From positions 5,240 to 69,239 of the forward strand of contig JBBRZV010000008.1 in NCBI GenBank assembly GCA_038236365.1: a DNA stretch of 64,000 bases, given 5' to 3'. Numbering within the stretch: position 1 is the first letter of the stretch; each line of letters opens with the position of its first letter. This DNA comes from Actinomycetales bacterium. GTDB taxonomy: Bacteria > Actinomycetota > Actinomycetes > Actinomycetales > Dermatophilaceae. The notes under the pieces were generated by a model that saw only the letters and a list, made by a program, of their open reading frames with translations, was not told the origin of the DNA and searched no databases. A program made the position numbers and the translations under genes. This document shows positions 40,933 through 51,815 of this stretch, piece after piece.

Positions 40933-41666
40933 TGGGCCGATCCGTGCCCCGACTGCGTGCGGTCATCTTCGACTGGGGAGGGACCCTCACGCCGTGGCAC
41001 AGTGTTGACCTCGCCGAACAGTGGGCGGTGTACGCCCGAGCCGTTCATGGCGGGGACGAGCGGGCCAGTGCCGGCCTTGCGGCCCGCATCTTCGCCGCCG
41101 AGGAGGCCGCGTGGCAGCGGGCGCGCACCGGACAGGGCAGTGCCCACCTTGATGACCTGTTGCGTGAGGTGGGACTCGACCCGGGCGACCCCTCACAGGC
41201 GGTGGCAATGGCGGCATACCGGCAGTTCTGGGAGCCCCACACGCTCACTGACGAGCAGGTGCGGCCACTCTGGGAGGGGTTACGCGAGAGGGGAATTCGC
41301 GTCGGAGTCCTTTCCAACACGATCTGGTCGCGGGAATACCATCGCGGAGTTTTCGAGCGTGATGGAGTCCTCGACCTTATTGACGCCGACGTCTACTCCA
41401 GCGAGATGGCCTGGACCAAGCCGCATCCGCAGGCGTTCCGTGAGGCGGCTGCTGCCCTCGGTATTGAGCCGGCTGAGGCGGTCTATGTGGGAGACCGGCC
41501 GTTCGAGGACGTTCACGGCAGCCAGCAGGCCGGAATGCGCGCCATCTGGGTCCCGCACTCAGAGATCCCTTTGACACAACAGGTCTCGGTGGACGTGGTG
41601 CCGGAAGGCGTCGCCCGTGAGCTGCTCGACGTCCTCGGCATCGTGGACTCCTGGCTGTCGGCGTGA
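40932..41666 (+). CDS. HAD superfamily hydrolase
   Basis: Motifs VIFDWGGTL (DxG variant), VLSNT and YVGDRPFEDVHGSQQAGM. Confidence 0.8.
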   Translation: MGRSVPRLRAVIFDWGGTLTPWHSVDLAEQWAVYARAVHGGDERASAGLAARIFAAEEAAWQRARTGQGSAHLDDLLREVGLDPGDPSQAVAMAAYRQFWEPHTLTDEQVRPLWEGLRERGIRVGVLSNTIWSREYHRGVFERDGVLDLIDADVYSSEMAWTKPHPQAFREAAAALGIEPAEAVYVGDRPFEDVHGSQQAGMRAIWVPHSEIPLTQQVSVDVVPEGVARELLDVLGIVDSWLSA

Positions 41667-42445
41667 AGGACCCCTCCACCACGACGCTCCTGCTCATGTC
41701 TCTGGCCGCGGTCTGCGCGGGATGGGTCGACGCGGTCGTCGGCGGCGGCGGGCTGATACAGCTCCCGGCGCTGCTGCTGGGGTTCCCACAGGCCGCACCG
41801 GTTCAGATTCTGGCGACCAACAAGCTCGGCTCGATCTGCGGTACCTCAGTGAGTGCAGTGACCTACTACCGCCGCGTGAAGCCCGACCCCAAGACCGTGA
41901 TCCCGTTGGCACTGCTGGCATTTGGTGGTTCGCTGATCGGGGCCGTACTTGCTTCGCACATCCCCAAGGCTGCCTTCGACCCGATCATCCTGGTCGTGCT
42001 GATCGGGGTCGGGACCTATACGCTGCTCAACCCGAAAATGGGCCTGGAGACCAAGCTTCGCTTCTCGGGTCGTCGCCACGTGCTGGCCGCAACCGGGGTC
42101 GGCTTGCTGATCGGCATCTATGACGGTGCGTTGGGCCCCGGCACGGGCTCGTTCTTCGTGTTCGCCCTCGTTGGCCTGCTCGGCTACGCCTTTCTGGGGG
42201 CCAGCGCAAAGGCGAAGATCGCAAACTTCGCCACCAACCTGGCGGCTCTGGTCATCTTCGTCCCGGCCGGGGCGGTGATGTGGAAGGTCGGCCTGCTCAT
42301 GGGTCTGGCCAACCTGACCGGAGGTTACGTCGGCGCTCGCACCGCCATGGCATGGGGCGCGGGTTTCGTCCGGATCGCGTTCGTCATCGTCGTCAGTGGG
42401 TTCATCGTCAAGATCGGCCTTGATGTGATCGCCCAGCTTGGCTGA
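41663..42445 (+). CDS. TauE/SafE family anion exporter-like membrane protein
   Basis: About eight TM segments, a GGGGLIQLPALL motif and internal duplication. Confidence 0.8.
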   Translation: MKDPSTTTLLLMSLAAVCAGWVDAVVGGGGLIQLPALLLGFPQAAPVQILATNKLGSICGTSVSAVTYYRRVKPDPKTVIPLALLAFGGSLIGAVLASHIPKAAFDPIILVVLIGVGTYTLLNPKMGLETKLRFSGRRHVLAATGVGLLIGIYDGALGPGTGSFFVFALVGLLGYAFLGASAKAKIANFATNLAALVIFVPAGAVMWKVGLLMGLANLTGGYVGARTAMAWGAGFVRIAFVIVVSGFIVKIGLDVIAQLG

Positions 42446-42455
42446 TCGGGAGGAG

Positions 42456-44438
42456 TCAGGTCGGGCGCGCCAGTGCTGCAGACAGCTCTTCGGGCGTCGT
42501 GACCGGAAGGTCACAGACGAAGCCCCGACACACGTATGCCGCGACGCCGCCGTCCACCAGGGGCCGGTCGGCCAGGAGCGGAGCCCCGCGCTCGTCAGGC
42601 GAACCATGCGCAATGACCAGGCCAGGGGAGGTGCTCGCTCGTGCAACGCGCAGCATCTCGGCCGCGATTGGCCCGTGGCCGACAATGGCTACTTGTTGAG
42701 GACCGGCCGCCATCGCTTCCGCCACGGCCAGCGTCCAGCCGGCGAAACGGGGGTCCTGCGTGGCAAGACCGGCTGCCGCTTCAACAGCAGCTTCGGCCGC
42801 CTCGCGGTTGGCCGAGGACCCCGTGAGTGCCGAATGCGTCAGGAGCGCGCCGCTGAGCGCGGCCTGGCCGGATGGCTCGGCGTTGTCAGCGGCGCTGCGC
42901 GGCCTGGTGAACAGCTGCTCGGCGTCATCCGAGGCGTCGAAGAAGCCACCTCGCCCGTCGGCGAAGTGGGTCAGAGCCGTTTCAAGGAGATCTCCGGCGG
43001 CCGCCAGCCACGTGGGTTGCCCGGTGGCCTGGTGAAGGGTCAGCAGGCCCTCGGCCAGGTTGCCATAGTCGTCCGCGGCCCCGATCGCGGTTCCGACCAC
43101 ACCCTGGCGTGAGGCCCGGCGCAGCCTTCCGTCAACCACATGCACCTCGACGAGGAAGTTCGCGCACTTCTGGGCGGCGCTCAGGTAGGTCGGGTCGCCA
43201 AGGAAAACGCCAGCCTCGCTCAGGGCGGCGATGGCGAGGCCGTTCCAGCCGGTGACAACCTTGTCGTCCCGTGCGGGTTGTGGCCGTAGATGCCGCGCGT
43301 CCAGCAGTCGTCGTCGGATGGCGTCCCACCACGGTGGGTCGTCGGGTTCAGAGCGAAGCTGCAGGGTCGACGAACCGTGTTCAAAGGTCCCGGAGCCGGT
43401 GACCGCGAGCAGCGCGGCGGCTCGGGGTCCATCTCCCTCGCCGAGCACATCGACAAGCTGCCTGGGCGTCCACGCGTAGGTCAGCCCCTCAACACCGTCG
43501 GCGTCGGCATCCAGCGCCGATGCGAAACCGGCCTCCGCAGTGCCGAGGTCACGAAGGAGGAAGTCCGCCGTCTGACGCGAGACCCGTTCTGCAAGCGGGG
43601 AACCTGTCGCCCGCCACAGGTGGAGGTAGACGCGCAACAGCTGCGCGTTGTCGTAGAGCATCTTCTCGAAGTGGGGGACCACCCAGCCAGCGTCAACGGA
43701 GTAGCGCGCAAAGCCGCCGGCAAGCTGGTCGTACATGCCGCCCCGGGCCATCGCCTCGCAGGTGCCCTCGACCATCGGCATCGCACGGTCCGAGCCCGTG
43801 CGTCCCCAGTGGCGGAGCAGGAACTCCAGAACCATCGATGGCGGGAACTTCGGTGCGCCACCGAAACCACCGTTCGCCCAGTCATAGCTGCTGGACAGCA
43901 GGTCTTCGGCCCGATCCAGCTCCACAGCCCCCACATGCTCCGGCGCCCCGACTGTGGCCGAGCGGCGCAGGGCTTCGACGATGTGTGAGCCGCTGGCAAT
44001 GACTTCGTCCCGGCGATTGGTCCATGCCTCGGAGACACCTGAAAGCAGCTGCAGGAACGAGGGTTTGGGGAAGTAGGTGCCGCAGAAGAACGGCTCACCG
44101 GCAGGCGTGAGAATGCAGGTCATCGGCCAGCCGCCGCGTCCGGTCATTGCTGTGGTCGCCGACATGTAGATCGCGTCGATGTCCGGACGTTCCTCACGGT
44201 CAACCTTGATGGCGACGAAGCCACGGTTGAGCGCTGCGGCCACCTCGTCGTCCTCGAACGACTCATGCGCCATCACATGGCACCAGTGACACGCTGCATA
44301 TCCGACGGACAAGAAGATGGGTTTGCTGAGACGCTCCGCCTCCGCGAGAGCTTCCGGCCCCCACTCCCACCAGTCGACCGGATTGTCCTTGTGCTGCAAC
44401 AGATACGGGCTCGTGGAGCTGGCAAGTCGGTTCACCAT
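42456..44438 (-). CDS. Thioredoxin-domain protein (DUF255/YyaL-like) with a six-hairpin glycosidase-like C-terminal region
   Basis: The N-terminus reads [47 protein letters not shown]. Confidence 0.85.
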   Translation of the reverse strand: MVNRLASSTSPYLLQHKDNPVDWWEWGPEALAEAERLSKPIFLSVGYAACHWCHVMAHESFEDDEVAAALNRGFVAIKVDREERPDIDAIYMSATTAMTGRGGWPMTCILTPAGEPFFCGTYFPKPSFLQLLSGVSEAWTNRRDEVIASGSHIVEALRRSATVGAPEHVGAVELDRAEDLLSSSYDWANGGFGGAPKFPPSMVLEFLLRHWGRTGSDRAMPMVEGTCEAMARGGMYDQLAGGFARYSVDAGWVVPHFEKMLYDNAQLLRVYLHLWRATGSPLAERVSRQTADFLLRDLGTAEAGFASALDADADGVEGLTYAWTPRQLVDVLGEGDGPRAAALLAVTGSGTFEHGSSTLQLRSEPDDPPWWDAIRRRLLDARHLRPQPARDDKVVTGWNGLAIAALSEAGVFLGDPTYLSAAQKCANFLVEVHVVDGRLRRASRQGVVGTAIGAADDYGNLAEGLLTLHQATGQPTWLAAAGDLLETALTHFADGRGGFFDASDDAEQLFTRPRSAADNAEPSGQAALSGALLTHSALTGSSANREAAEAAVEAAAGLATQDPRFAGWTLAVAEAMAAGPQQVAIVGHGPIAAEMLRVARASTSPGLVIAHGSPDERGAPLLADRPLVDGGVAAYVCRGFVCDLPVTTPEELSAALARPT

Positions 44439-44457
44439 CAGATCTCCTCTCCTGGGT

Positions 44458-45519
44458 TCAGGTTGGTGCGAACAGATCGCTCATGAAGCCGCGCAGCGCT
44501 GGCGAGTAGGTGCCGGTTCCTGCGCCCAGGGCCCGCCACACGGCGGGGCCGACGATGCCGTCGACCTTCATCTGCCTGGTGCGCTGGAAGGCGACGACCC
44601 GGGCTCGAGTCGTCGGGCCGAACACCCCGTCGGCAGTGGCCGCGCCCAGCTGGCGCTGCAACACGGCAACAGCATCGCCTCGAGAACCGCTCGCCAGGAG
44701 GACGTTCAGGAAGGGCGTGAGAACGTTGCCACTTGCCGCACGTCCGGTCACTCCGGGGCAGGTGAGGTTGTAGTCGCGGACGTCGTCGGTCCACTGGGTC
44801 AACCAGGGCTTGCTGCCGGCGTAGCTCGCCAGGGCGCACGTGGCTTTCGCCACGGACTGACCCTTGTGCCCGACGGGCACCCACGTGCCCACGCCCTTCA
44901 GGACCCGGCCGCCGGTGATCGCCTTCCATGCCTTGTCGTAGGAGTAAAGGCCTGCATGTATGCCCGCCTCCTTGTATCGCGCGAGCACGCCGTCGATGAC
45001 CGCGTTGTTGTTGACCGTGCTGGCCGACCATGGCGACGGTGTCCTCGGCTCGATATCCACCCAGACCATCGGGGACTTGAGACTGACCCGGGCCAATGTG
45101 GTGAGGTTGAAGGCGGCCTGCGCGGCGCCGACGCGTCCCAGCTGCACGGCCAGCGTTCCAGCTCCGCCGTAGCGGGTCAGCTCCGCGGGGGTCGGGTAGG
45201 TATGGATGGCGTAGGCGCTCACCCACAGATGCCTCACCTTGACCGAGGCCACCTGATCGGCCAGGCACGGGTTGGCGCGGAACGACCCTCCGTCGGTCAG
45301 GCCCAGGACCGCGAACGATGCGCTGGCCATGGGACCCGGCAGGCCATAGCCACCGCCGCCCTTGGGGCATTGGGGCCAGGAGATGTCATTGCCGTACGCG
45401 ATGGGTCCGGGGACCGGCGCCCGGCCAGGGCTCGCGGGTCCTGTGACGGTGACCGGGTCCGGAACCGAGGACGCCCCGGCAGAGAGGATCAACGTCAGTG
45501 TGGCGGCGATGGTGGTCAT
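44458..45519 (-). CDS. Secreted DUF1906-like (glycoside-hydrolase-like) protein with a C-terminal peptidoglycan-binding domain
   Basis: It has a signal peptide ([18 protein letters not shown]). The C-terminus ([12 protein letters not shown]...[16 protein letters not shown]...[12 protein letters not shown]) matches the PG_binding_1 pattern. Confidence 0.7.
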   Translation of the reverse strand: MTTIAATLTLILSAGASSVPDPVTVTGPASPGRAPVPGPIAYGNDISWPQCPKGGGGYGLPGPMASASFAVLGLTDGGSFRANPCLADQVASVKVRHLWVSAYAIHTYPTPAELTRYGGAGTLAVQLGRVGAAQAAFNLTTLARVSLKSPMVWVDIEPRTPSPWSASTVNNNAVIDGVLARYKEAGIHAGLYSYDKAWKAITGGRVLKGVGTWVPVGHKGQSVAKATCALASYAGSKPWLTQWTDDVRDYNLTCPGVTGRAASGNVLTPFLNVLLASGSRGDAVAVLQRQLGAATADGVFGPTTRARVVAFQRTRQMKVDGIVGPAVWRALGAGTGTYSPALRGFMSDLFAPT

Positions 45520-45569
45520 CCGCCCAGGCCGGATAGTCGCCGCGCGCTCGACAATATGCGTCAGCACGG

Positions 45570-46916
45570 CTACCCCCTGCCAGTTGGGGAGGGACGATGC
45601 GATGCCCGTCCCACCGACTCGATGATGTCAGCGCCGTGGTGAAGTCCGTTGCGCGCTCGCACTCTGTCGCCGACTGAGGCAAGGCGCTGACGGAGGACAG
45701 GATCCAGGACGGTAGTGAGGGCTGCGTCCATAGCCTCGTTGGTGAAGGTGTACGTCGGCAGACGAACCCCGAAGCCGAGCTCATGCATGCGCTGCGCGTT
45801 GTCGTACTGGTCCCAGAAAAGTGGGAGGACAATCATCGGTTTGCCGAAGTGCAGGCACTCGGTGGTCGTGTTGTTCCCTCCGTGGGTGATCACGGCGTCA
45901 ACATGCGGAATCAGCGTGGTCTGCGGGAGGAACTCGGCCCCCACCATGTTGTCCGCGAGATCGTACTCAAGGTGCTGGGGTCCCTTGCTCACGATGTAGC
46001 GGTGCGGGGTGCGCCCGCAGACGTCGACCAGTCGCCTCATGAGGTCGACGTCAGCGCTGCCGAGCGAACCCAGCGACAGGTAGATCAATGCGCTTCCCGT
46101 TGGGCGGTCGCGAAGCTCGCCAGGTAGCTCGTAGACCTGGTCGGTCTCACGGACGCTGGAGTCGAGGCGGTGCCACGTCGGCCCGAGTGGGCGGGACTGT
46201 GTGTAGTCGGCCTCTTCGGGGAACACGTACAGGTTCGCGTGCTCGGAGGTGTGGACAAACTCAAGGTTGGGAAGCGGCGGAGCGCCCTCCTCAACCACCC
46301 AGGCGTTGAACTCCGCCCATATGCCGCGATGGGTTCGCTCGTGCTCGGCGCGAAACGCGGCCCACTCGCCGCGGTCGTCGGAGGGCAGGCCGGAGTACGC
46401 AGGCGGAATGTGCTCGCCGGGGATCTCGAGCGGGTTGCAGGAGACGATCCGCACGTACGGGACCCCCGCGGTGAGGAGCGCAGGAAAGGCGATGACGTTG
46501 TCCTCGACGATGACGTCAGGGCTGACTCGCTCAAGGATCGCGGTCAGCTGGGGCTGGCAGTAACGCGAGCCGTCGATGAGGGCCTGCCACGTGGGTCTCA
46601 TGAACGTACCGAGCTGCTCAATGGTCGGTTTGCGGAACTCCGGGGCCGTGTCGCGGATGAAGTACTTCCAGAACCGCCCTGCGTCCGGCTCGGCGCCGCC
46701 TGCCTCGTCGGTCTCAGACGGTGGCGTGAGGTCGACCAGGTCCTCCTCGAAGCCGAGCGCGTCGAGCCTCCCCCTCCACGAGGACTCAGCGGCGAAGACC
46801 ACTCGATGGCCGCGCCGGCGCAGGACATCGCCGACACCGATGCACTGGTTGGTCGGGCCGTATGCGGACTCTGGCACGAACATGATGGTGAGCGGGCTTC
46901 TCTGGTCCGGCTCCAT
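45570..46916 (-). CDS. GT1 family (UDP-glycosyltransferase, MGT-like) glycosyltransferase, 448 aa
   Basis: The ATG at 46916 was verified (MEPDQRSPLTIMFVPESAYGPTNQCIG). The C-terminal signature is VITHGGNNTTTECLHFGKPMIVLPLFWDQ. Confidence 0.8.
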   Translation of the reverse strand: MEPDQRSPLTIMFVPESAYGPTNQCIGVGDVLRRRGHRVVFAAESSWRGRLDALGFEEDLVDLTPPSETDEAGGAEPDAGRFWKYFIRDTAPEFRKPTIEQLGTFMRPTWQALIDGSRYCQPQLTAILERVSPDVIVEDNVIAFPALLTAGVPYVRIVSCNPLEIPGEHIPPAYSGLPSDDRGEWAAFRAEHERTHRGIWAEFNAWVVEEGAPPLPNLEFVHTSEHANLYVFPEEADYTQSRPLGPTWHRLDSSVRETDQVYELPGELRDRPTGSALIYLSLGSLGSADVDLMRRLVDVCGRTPHRYIVSKGPQHLEYDLADNMVGAEFLPQTTLIPHVDAVITHGGNNTTTECLHFGKPMIVLPLFWDQYDNAQRMHELGFGVRLPTYTFTNEAMDAALTTVLDPVLRQRLASVGDRVRARNGLHHGADIIESVGRASHRPSPTGRG

Positions 46917-46930
46917 GACGTTGATTATTC

Positions 46931-48070
46931 TCAAGCGTCGGCCACGTCGGCGAGCCAGCCCAGGATCGCTGGCACCACGGCCGCGTAGGCGTCGAGTGTG
47001 TGGCCAAGTCCTTTGACCACATACGGCTGTATGCCGGGGACGTCCCGCACCTGTCGTAGAAACTCCAACGACTGCGGCCTCGACTGCGGGTCCTGTTGCG
47101 AAGTCATCACGAGCAGGTGAACGTTGGGAGGCGGGCGGTTCTTGATCAGCCAGGTGGGGGAGCTCTCGTGGGCGAAGGGTGGGGAGGCTTTGAGCAGCTC
47201 GGCCAGGTTTCCGGTGGTCGAGTCCGGCTCGGGGTTGAAGTACCCCTCGACGGAGGCAGCTGCGCCGAATCGTTCGGGCGTCCGCAGGTGGAGCAATGCC
47301 GCGCAGTAGCCGCCCGTGGACCAGCCCATCACGCTCCAACGCTGGCTGTCGGTGGCGACACGCAAAGTGGAGGTGGCCCAGTTCCTGACATCCTGGTTGA
47401 GCCAGGTGAAGGCCTGTGGGCCTCCTGGGTAGTCGGTGCACTCGGTGTCCACCGGAAGTGCCACGTTGATCTCGGGGAAGACTGCGACGAAGGGCGCCAC
47501 GCGGCCGCTTCGAATCTCATTGCTGGCCACGGTGGCGAAGTCAAGCCGGTCGACAACAGCAGCGATCCGCACGTCAGCGCCACCCAGGACCATCACCACA
47601 GGGAACCGCGTCCGCAGGTAGCGACGGTCTCCATACTGCGGTGGCAGCCAGGCAATCACCTTTTGTGTGACTCCCGACCGTGCGCCCTTGAGTGTGACTT
47701 GTTCGTAACGACCGGTACCCGTGGCCGGATCCGACACGCGCAGCAGCGCTCGATGCGGGGCGACCTGGCCGTTCAAGCCGAGCCGTACCCCTTGCGCCAC
47801 CACCGGCGGCGCCAGACCGGTGCCGAACAACGATGACCAGGACGGGTAGAAGCCATAGTCCCGGTTGACGTCGACGGCGACTGCGGCAACGGCGGCACCT
47901 TGCCCGACCAGAACAGCAACCAGAATCACCGGAACCGGCCAGCGCGAGCTCCGCGGTGCTCGCCGCCACAGGACAACCAGCACCATCGGGATGGTGATCG
48001 CCACGGCAATGCAGACGACGAGTAAGCGCACCGACGTGAGTGGCAAGGCAGGTGCTCCAGAGGTGTTCAC
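46931..48070 (-). CDS. Membrane-anchored alpha/beta-hydrolase esterase (esterase D / mycolyltransferase-like fold)
   Basis: It has N-terminal TM segments, a GWSTGGYCA nucleophile elbow and a C-terminal GLGHTLD. Confidence 0.75.
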   Translation of the reverse strand: MNTSGAPALPLTSVRLLVVCIAVAITIPMVLVVLWRRAPRSSRWPVPVILVAVLVGQGAAVAAVAVDVNRDYGFYPSWSSLFGTGLAPPVVAQGVRLGLNGQVAPHRALLRVSDPATGTGRYEQVTLKGARSGVTQKVIAWLPPQYGDRRYLRTRFPVVMVLGGADVRIAAVVDRLDFATVASNEIRSGRVAPFVAVFPEINVALPVDTECTDYPGGPQAFTWLNQDVRNWATSTLRVATDSQRWSVMGWSTGGYCAALLHLRTPERFGAAASVEGYFNPEPDSTTGNLAELLKASPPFAHESSPTWLIKNRPPPNVHLLVMTSQQDPQSRPQSLEFLRQVRDVPGIQPYVVKGLGHTLDAYAAVVPAILGWLADVADA

Positions 48071-48187
48071 GGAAATGACGGATGTGGCAACCGGTTCAAC
48101 GTGAATGTAACGCTCACCGTCCCCTGAGCCGTCTCGAGGCCGGTCTGTGTCCGCCGCCCCAGAGACCGAGGTCGTAGCATTTGGGCG

Positions 48188-49051
48188 ATGAGCGTCTTGA
48201 ACCGGCTGCGGCTACGGGGGGCGTTGCTCGCAGCCCTGGTCGTGTTGAGCGTTGTCGCAACCTGGGCCATCCTGGACGCGACCGGTCGAATGCCCGCTGG
48301 CGGTTTGCGCACGGTCGCCGCGCCGAAGGGTGGGCTGATGATCAATTCAGCCCCACCGCCCCCCACCACTCCCAACATGGTTCCTCCCGGGACCGCCACC
48401 GTCGTCGGTATCGGTGACTCGGTCACCTCAGCGACGGTCTGCCAGTGCATCGGGTTCGTCGAGTCGTACGCCGCACGCCTCCCGCTTGCTGTCGGCGGCC
48501 CGGCCAGGGCTGAGAACTTGGGTGCCGGGGGCCTCACCGCGGCGGGGCTCCGCACCCTGATGACACAACCCGGCGCCACCTCGACCGGTGTGGCTCAGGG
48601 CGACATCCTGCTGGTCACCATTGGGGCGAACGACCTCATGCCGCTGCTCTCCCGGTGGCAGAGCTCGGGCTGCCCCAAAGCCTGCTACTCGCCGGCCGTG
48701 GATGCCGTGGGCACGGCGCTGAGCGGCATCCTGGCCGCCGCCAGGTCTTTGCGTGGCAACCGACCGACCCGGGTTCTGGTGACGGACTACTGGAACGTCT
48801 TTGCCGACGGCGACGTCGCTCGCGCCAGCGACGGACCGGAATACCTTCGGTGGAGCGACGAGCTCACGCGAGCGCTCAACGTCAGCATCTGCAACGCCGC
48901 TCGCAACGCCGGCGCCACATGTGTAGACCTGTATGCGCCGTTCAAGGGTGACGGGAGCAAGAACCCCACATCTTTGCTCGCGGCCGACGGGGACCATCCC
49001 AATGCCGCCGGCAACCAGGTCATCTCCGCGGCGCTTCTGGCCGCGACCTAG
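48188..49051 (+). CDS. SGNH/GDSL hydrolase family protein
   Basis: It has a signal/TM segment, block I VVGIGDSVTS, block III IGANDL and block V DGDHPN. Confidence 0.75.
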   Translation: MSVLNRLRLRGALLAALVVLSVVATWAILDATGRMPAGGLRTVAAPKGGLMINSAPPPPTTPNMVPPGTATVVGIGDSVTSATVCQCIGFVESYAARLPLAVGGPARAENLGAGGLTAAGLRTLMTQPGATSTGVAQGDILLVTIGANDLMPLLSRWQSSGCPKACYSPAVDAVGTALSGILAAARSLRGNRPTRVLVTDYWNVFADGDVARASDGPEYLRWSDELTRALNVSICNAARNAGATCVDLYAPFKGDGSKNPTSLLAADGDHPNAAGNQVISAALLAAT

Positions 49052-49052
49052 T

Positions 49053-49094
49053 CCAGCTCATCCGTTGGTCAGGCCAGCTCATCCGTTGGTCAGG
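49053..49094. repeat. Perfect 21-bp tandem duplication ccagctcatccgttggtcagg x2
   Basis: The duplication is seen directly. The second copy contains the last 5 codons and the stop of the minus-strand gene ending at 49079. Confidence 0.9.
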
Positions 49095-50077
49095 CCAGGG
49101 AAGGCGGCCAGAGGTGCGCCCCATTGCGAGGCCATGGACTCGCTCTCGCCCATCCAGCGCACCAGGGTGGCCAGTGCGTTCGCGTGACCCACAGCCGGTT
49201 CGAGGGCGGCTGCCATGCGGGCAAGCAGTGCCTTCAGCAGGTTCAAGGCGAGGCGTCGCGAGCTCTCACTGTCAGTGATCGGGAACGGGAGCTCGTAGCC
49301 CAGAGGCGGAGGTGGAGCGGAGGGTCCGACCAGCGTCTCCAGCTCGGAGACTCGGGCGCGCAGTGCGGCCAGGGTTGACATCGCCATCACACGCCCTGCG
49401 CTGTCGATATGTGTCGTGACGATCTCGAATCCGTAGACCGCGCTGCGGGCGGCTTCGAGCAGCGCCACCCCGTCCGCGCCGTCGAGGTCCGGGGGACCAG
49501 CCGGCGCAACCGTGCCGCCCAGCAGTGCCACGGCGGCAGTCCGCTGGGCCAGCAGGGAGCCGATCAGGGCCACATGGGCGGTCGAGACGTCGGCCAGGGT
49601 GACGTCGTTCACGCTGCTGCCCTCGGCGCTGGACAGCTCGGCACCGGACACCTTGGCGGGGGCCGATACTGAGGGTGAGGACGCAGCAGGGAAGGACGCA
49701 GCAGGGGAGGACGTAGCCGGGGAGGACGTCGGAGTGGCAGAGGCCTCGACCAGCGATCGGGGCACGCCTCCGTCCTGCAACAGGCGCTTGACGACGGCTA
49801 CCTGACTGTCGTGGACCGTACGGAGCCGATCCGCCAAAGAGGTGGGCGCAGCTCCGACTTCGTGCGCCAACGACTCCAACGACCTGGTCTGCTCGAGCAC
49901 ACCCAAGAGCGTCTTCTCGTCCCTCATGGGCACGCGCGTGGGGACGAGCGGGACCTGCGGTGCGCCCTCCTCGAGCTGCACCCGGCAGCCGGAGAGAGCC
50001 GTCACCGACCCCGCCGCGAGCGCGACCAACAGCCCTCTGCGGGACCAGAGGCTCGGCATACGCTCGTTCGCGGACAT
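49079..50077 (-). CDS. Tat-signal lipoprotein, DUF4439/ferritin-like candidate
   Basis: The ATG at 50077 was verified (MSANERMPSLWSRRGLLVALAAGSVTALSGC). It has a Ser/Pro/Ala-rich linker. The ORF-track version is extended across rimP. Confidence 0.65.
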   Translation of the reverse strand: MSANERMPSLWSRRGLLVALAAGSVTALSGCRVQLEEGAPQVPLVPTRVPMRDEKTLLGVLEQTRSLESLAHEVGAAPTSLADRLRTVHDSQVAVVKRLLQDGGVPRSLVEASATPTSSPATSSPAASFPAASSPSVSAPAKVSGAELSSAEGSSVNDVTLADVSTAHVALIGSLLAQRTAAVALLGGTVAPAGPPDLDGADGVALLEAARSAVYGFEIVTTHIDSAGRVMAMSTLAALRARVSELETLVGPSAPPPPLGYELPFPITDSESSRRLALNLLKALLARMAAALEPAVGHANALATLVRWMGESESMASQWGAPLAAFPGLTNG

Positions 50078-50173
50078 GGGCTCGATGATGACAGACTGGG
50101 GTCGACGACCACTGCGGGCAACAAGCGCGCGAGGTGACGGCATTCGAGAAGAGCAGGGAAGCGGAGGCGGCAG

Positions 50174-50728
50174 GTGAGCAGTCAGGAACGAATTCGCCAA
50201 GTGCTTCTCGGTCTTCAGGGCACTCCCGAGGTCCCGGGTCCCCTCGGTGAGCTCGGCCTCGTCATCGAGGACGTGACGGTGACCCCCGTGGGCAAGCGTC
50301 GGCTGGTCCGGGCCTGGCTCGACCGTGACCTCGCCGGTCTCGAACCTGGCGACGACTTCAGCCCGATCGAACCGCTGTCCCTCGACGAGGTCGCCGAGGC
50401 CACTCGCGCCATCAGTGCCGCACTGGACGCCTCCGACGCGATGGGCGAGGCCCCCTATGTCCTCGAGGTCGGCTCGCCCGGCGTCGACCGTCCGCTCACT
50501 GCTCCCCATCATTTCCGCCACAACGTGACACGGCTCGTCGAGATCTCCCGTCACTCCGGAGATGAGCTCACCGGTCGCCTGGTCGCCGCCGGACCAACCG
50601 ACGTGAGAGTCATGGTTGCCGCGACCAAGAAGGAGCAGGAGACCGAGCTCCGTATTCCGTACGCCGACATTGCGCGCGCCCAGGTGCAGGTCGAGTTTGC
50701 CCGCCCCACGACGCAGAAGGACACCTGA
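50174..50728 (+). CDS. rimP: Ribosome maturation factor RimP
   Basis: It lies immediately upstream of nusA, contains an [12 protein letters not shown] motif and is 184 aa. Confidence 0.9.
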   Translation: MSSQERIRQVLLGLQGTPEVPGPLGELGLVIEDVTVTPVGKRRLVRAWLDRDLAGLEPGDDFSPIEPLSLDEVAEATRAISAALDASDAMGEAPYVLEVGSPGVDRPLTAPHHFRHNVTRLVEISRHSGDELTGRLVAAGPTDVRVMVAATKKEQETELRIPYADIARAQVQVEFARPTTQKDT

Positions 50729-51756
50729 TGGATATCGATCTGGCGGCATTGAAGGGTCTTGAGCGCGAGCGTGACCTTTCCCTGAACATCATCATCCCGG
50801 CGATCGAGCAGGCGATGCTCGTGGCCTACCACCGCACCGATGGCGCCCGCCGGCTCTCCCGGGTGGAGCTCGACCGCAAGACCGGACACGTGACGGTATG
50901 GGCCCGCGAGGAGGGTGCCGCCGACCCCGAGACAGAAGAGCGCTCAGAGCCAGGTCCCGAGTTCGACGACACCCCGGCGGGCTTCGGGCGGATTGCGGCC
51001 TCGACCGCCCGACAGGTCATCGTGCAACGGCTGCGGGACCTCGAGGACGAGGCGATCATGGGGGACTTCCACGGCCGCGAGGGCGACATCATCACGGGCG
51101 TCATCCAGCAGAGCAGCGACCCGCGCTACGTCATGGTTGACCTCGGAGCCATCGAGGGGACGCTACCCCTGGCCGAGCAGGTGCCGGGGGAGAAGTACGT
51201 CCACGGCGAGCGTCTGCGCTGCTTCGTGGTCAGCGTGAAGCGTGGCCAGCGCGGACCTCAGATCAGCCTGTCGCGCAGTCACCCCAACCTCGTGCGCAAG
51301 CTGTTCGCCCTCGAGATCCCAGAGGTGGCCGACGGCACAGTGGAGATCGCGGCCATCGCGCGCGAGGCCGGCCACCGCACCAAGGTCGCCGTGCACTCCA
51401 CGATCCCCGGGGTCAACGCCAAGGGCGCCTGCATCGGCCCGATGGGGGCAAGGGTGCGGGCAATCATGACCGAGCTGCACGGCGAGAAGATCGACATCGT
51501 GGACTTCTCGGAGGATCCTCGCGCTTTCGTGGCCGCGGCGCTCTCGCCCTCACGGGTCAACTCCGTGGAGATCGTCGACCCCGATCTGCGCTCCGTTCGT
51601 GTGGTCGTCCCCGACTACCAGCTGTCCCTAGCCATCGGCAAGGAGGGCCAGAACGCCCGGCTTGCGGCCAAGCTGACCGGTTGGCGCATCGACATTCGGT
51701 CGGACACGGCTCCTGCCGGCGCGGATGAGCCTTCTGGCGCAGAGGATGAGCACTAG
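50728..51756 (+). CDS. nusA: Transcription termination/antitermination factor NusA
   Basis: It has the S1 domain and two KH domains, with [11 protein letters not shown] and [22 protein letters not shown]. Confidence 0.95.
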   Translation: MDIDLAALKGLERERDLSLNIIIPAIEQAMLVAYHRTDGARRLSRVELDRKTGHVTVWAREEGAADPETEERSEPGPEFDDTPAGFGRIAASTARQVIVQRLRDLEDEAIMGDFHGREGDIITGVIQQSSDPRYVMVDLGAIEGTLPLAEQVPGEKYVHGERLRCFVVSVKRGQRGPQISLSRSHPNLVRKLFALEIPEVADGTVEIAAIAREAGHRTKVAVHSTIPGVNAKGACIGPMGARVRAIMTELHGEKIDIVDFSEDPRAFVAAALSPSRVNSVEIVDPDLRSVRVVVPDYQLSLAIGKEGQNARLAAKLTGWRIDIRSDTAPAGADEPSGAEDEH

Positions 51757-51815
51757 GCGGTAGACTGGTGGAGATCGATCGGTTGCGACGGATCCGTCAG
51801 CGGCCAACCCATGGC

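Noticed and set aside
46917-47441. N-terminal extension of the GT1 ORF (45570-47441)
   Set aside because: It overlaps the esterase gene. The GT1 homology begins at MEPDQRSPLTIMFVPE (ATG 46916).
50078-50749. N-terminal extension of the 49079-50749 ORF
   Set aside because: It runs antisense through rimP. A Tat-like signal with a lipobox starts at the ATG at 50077.
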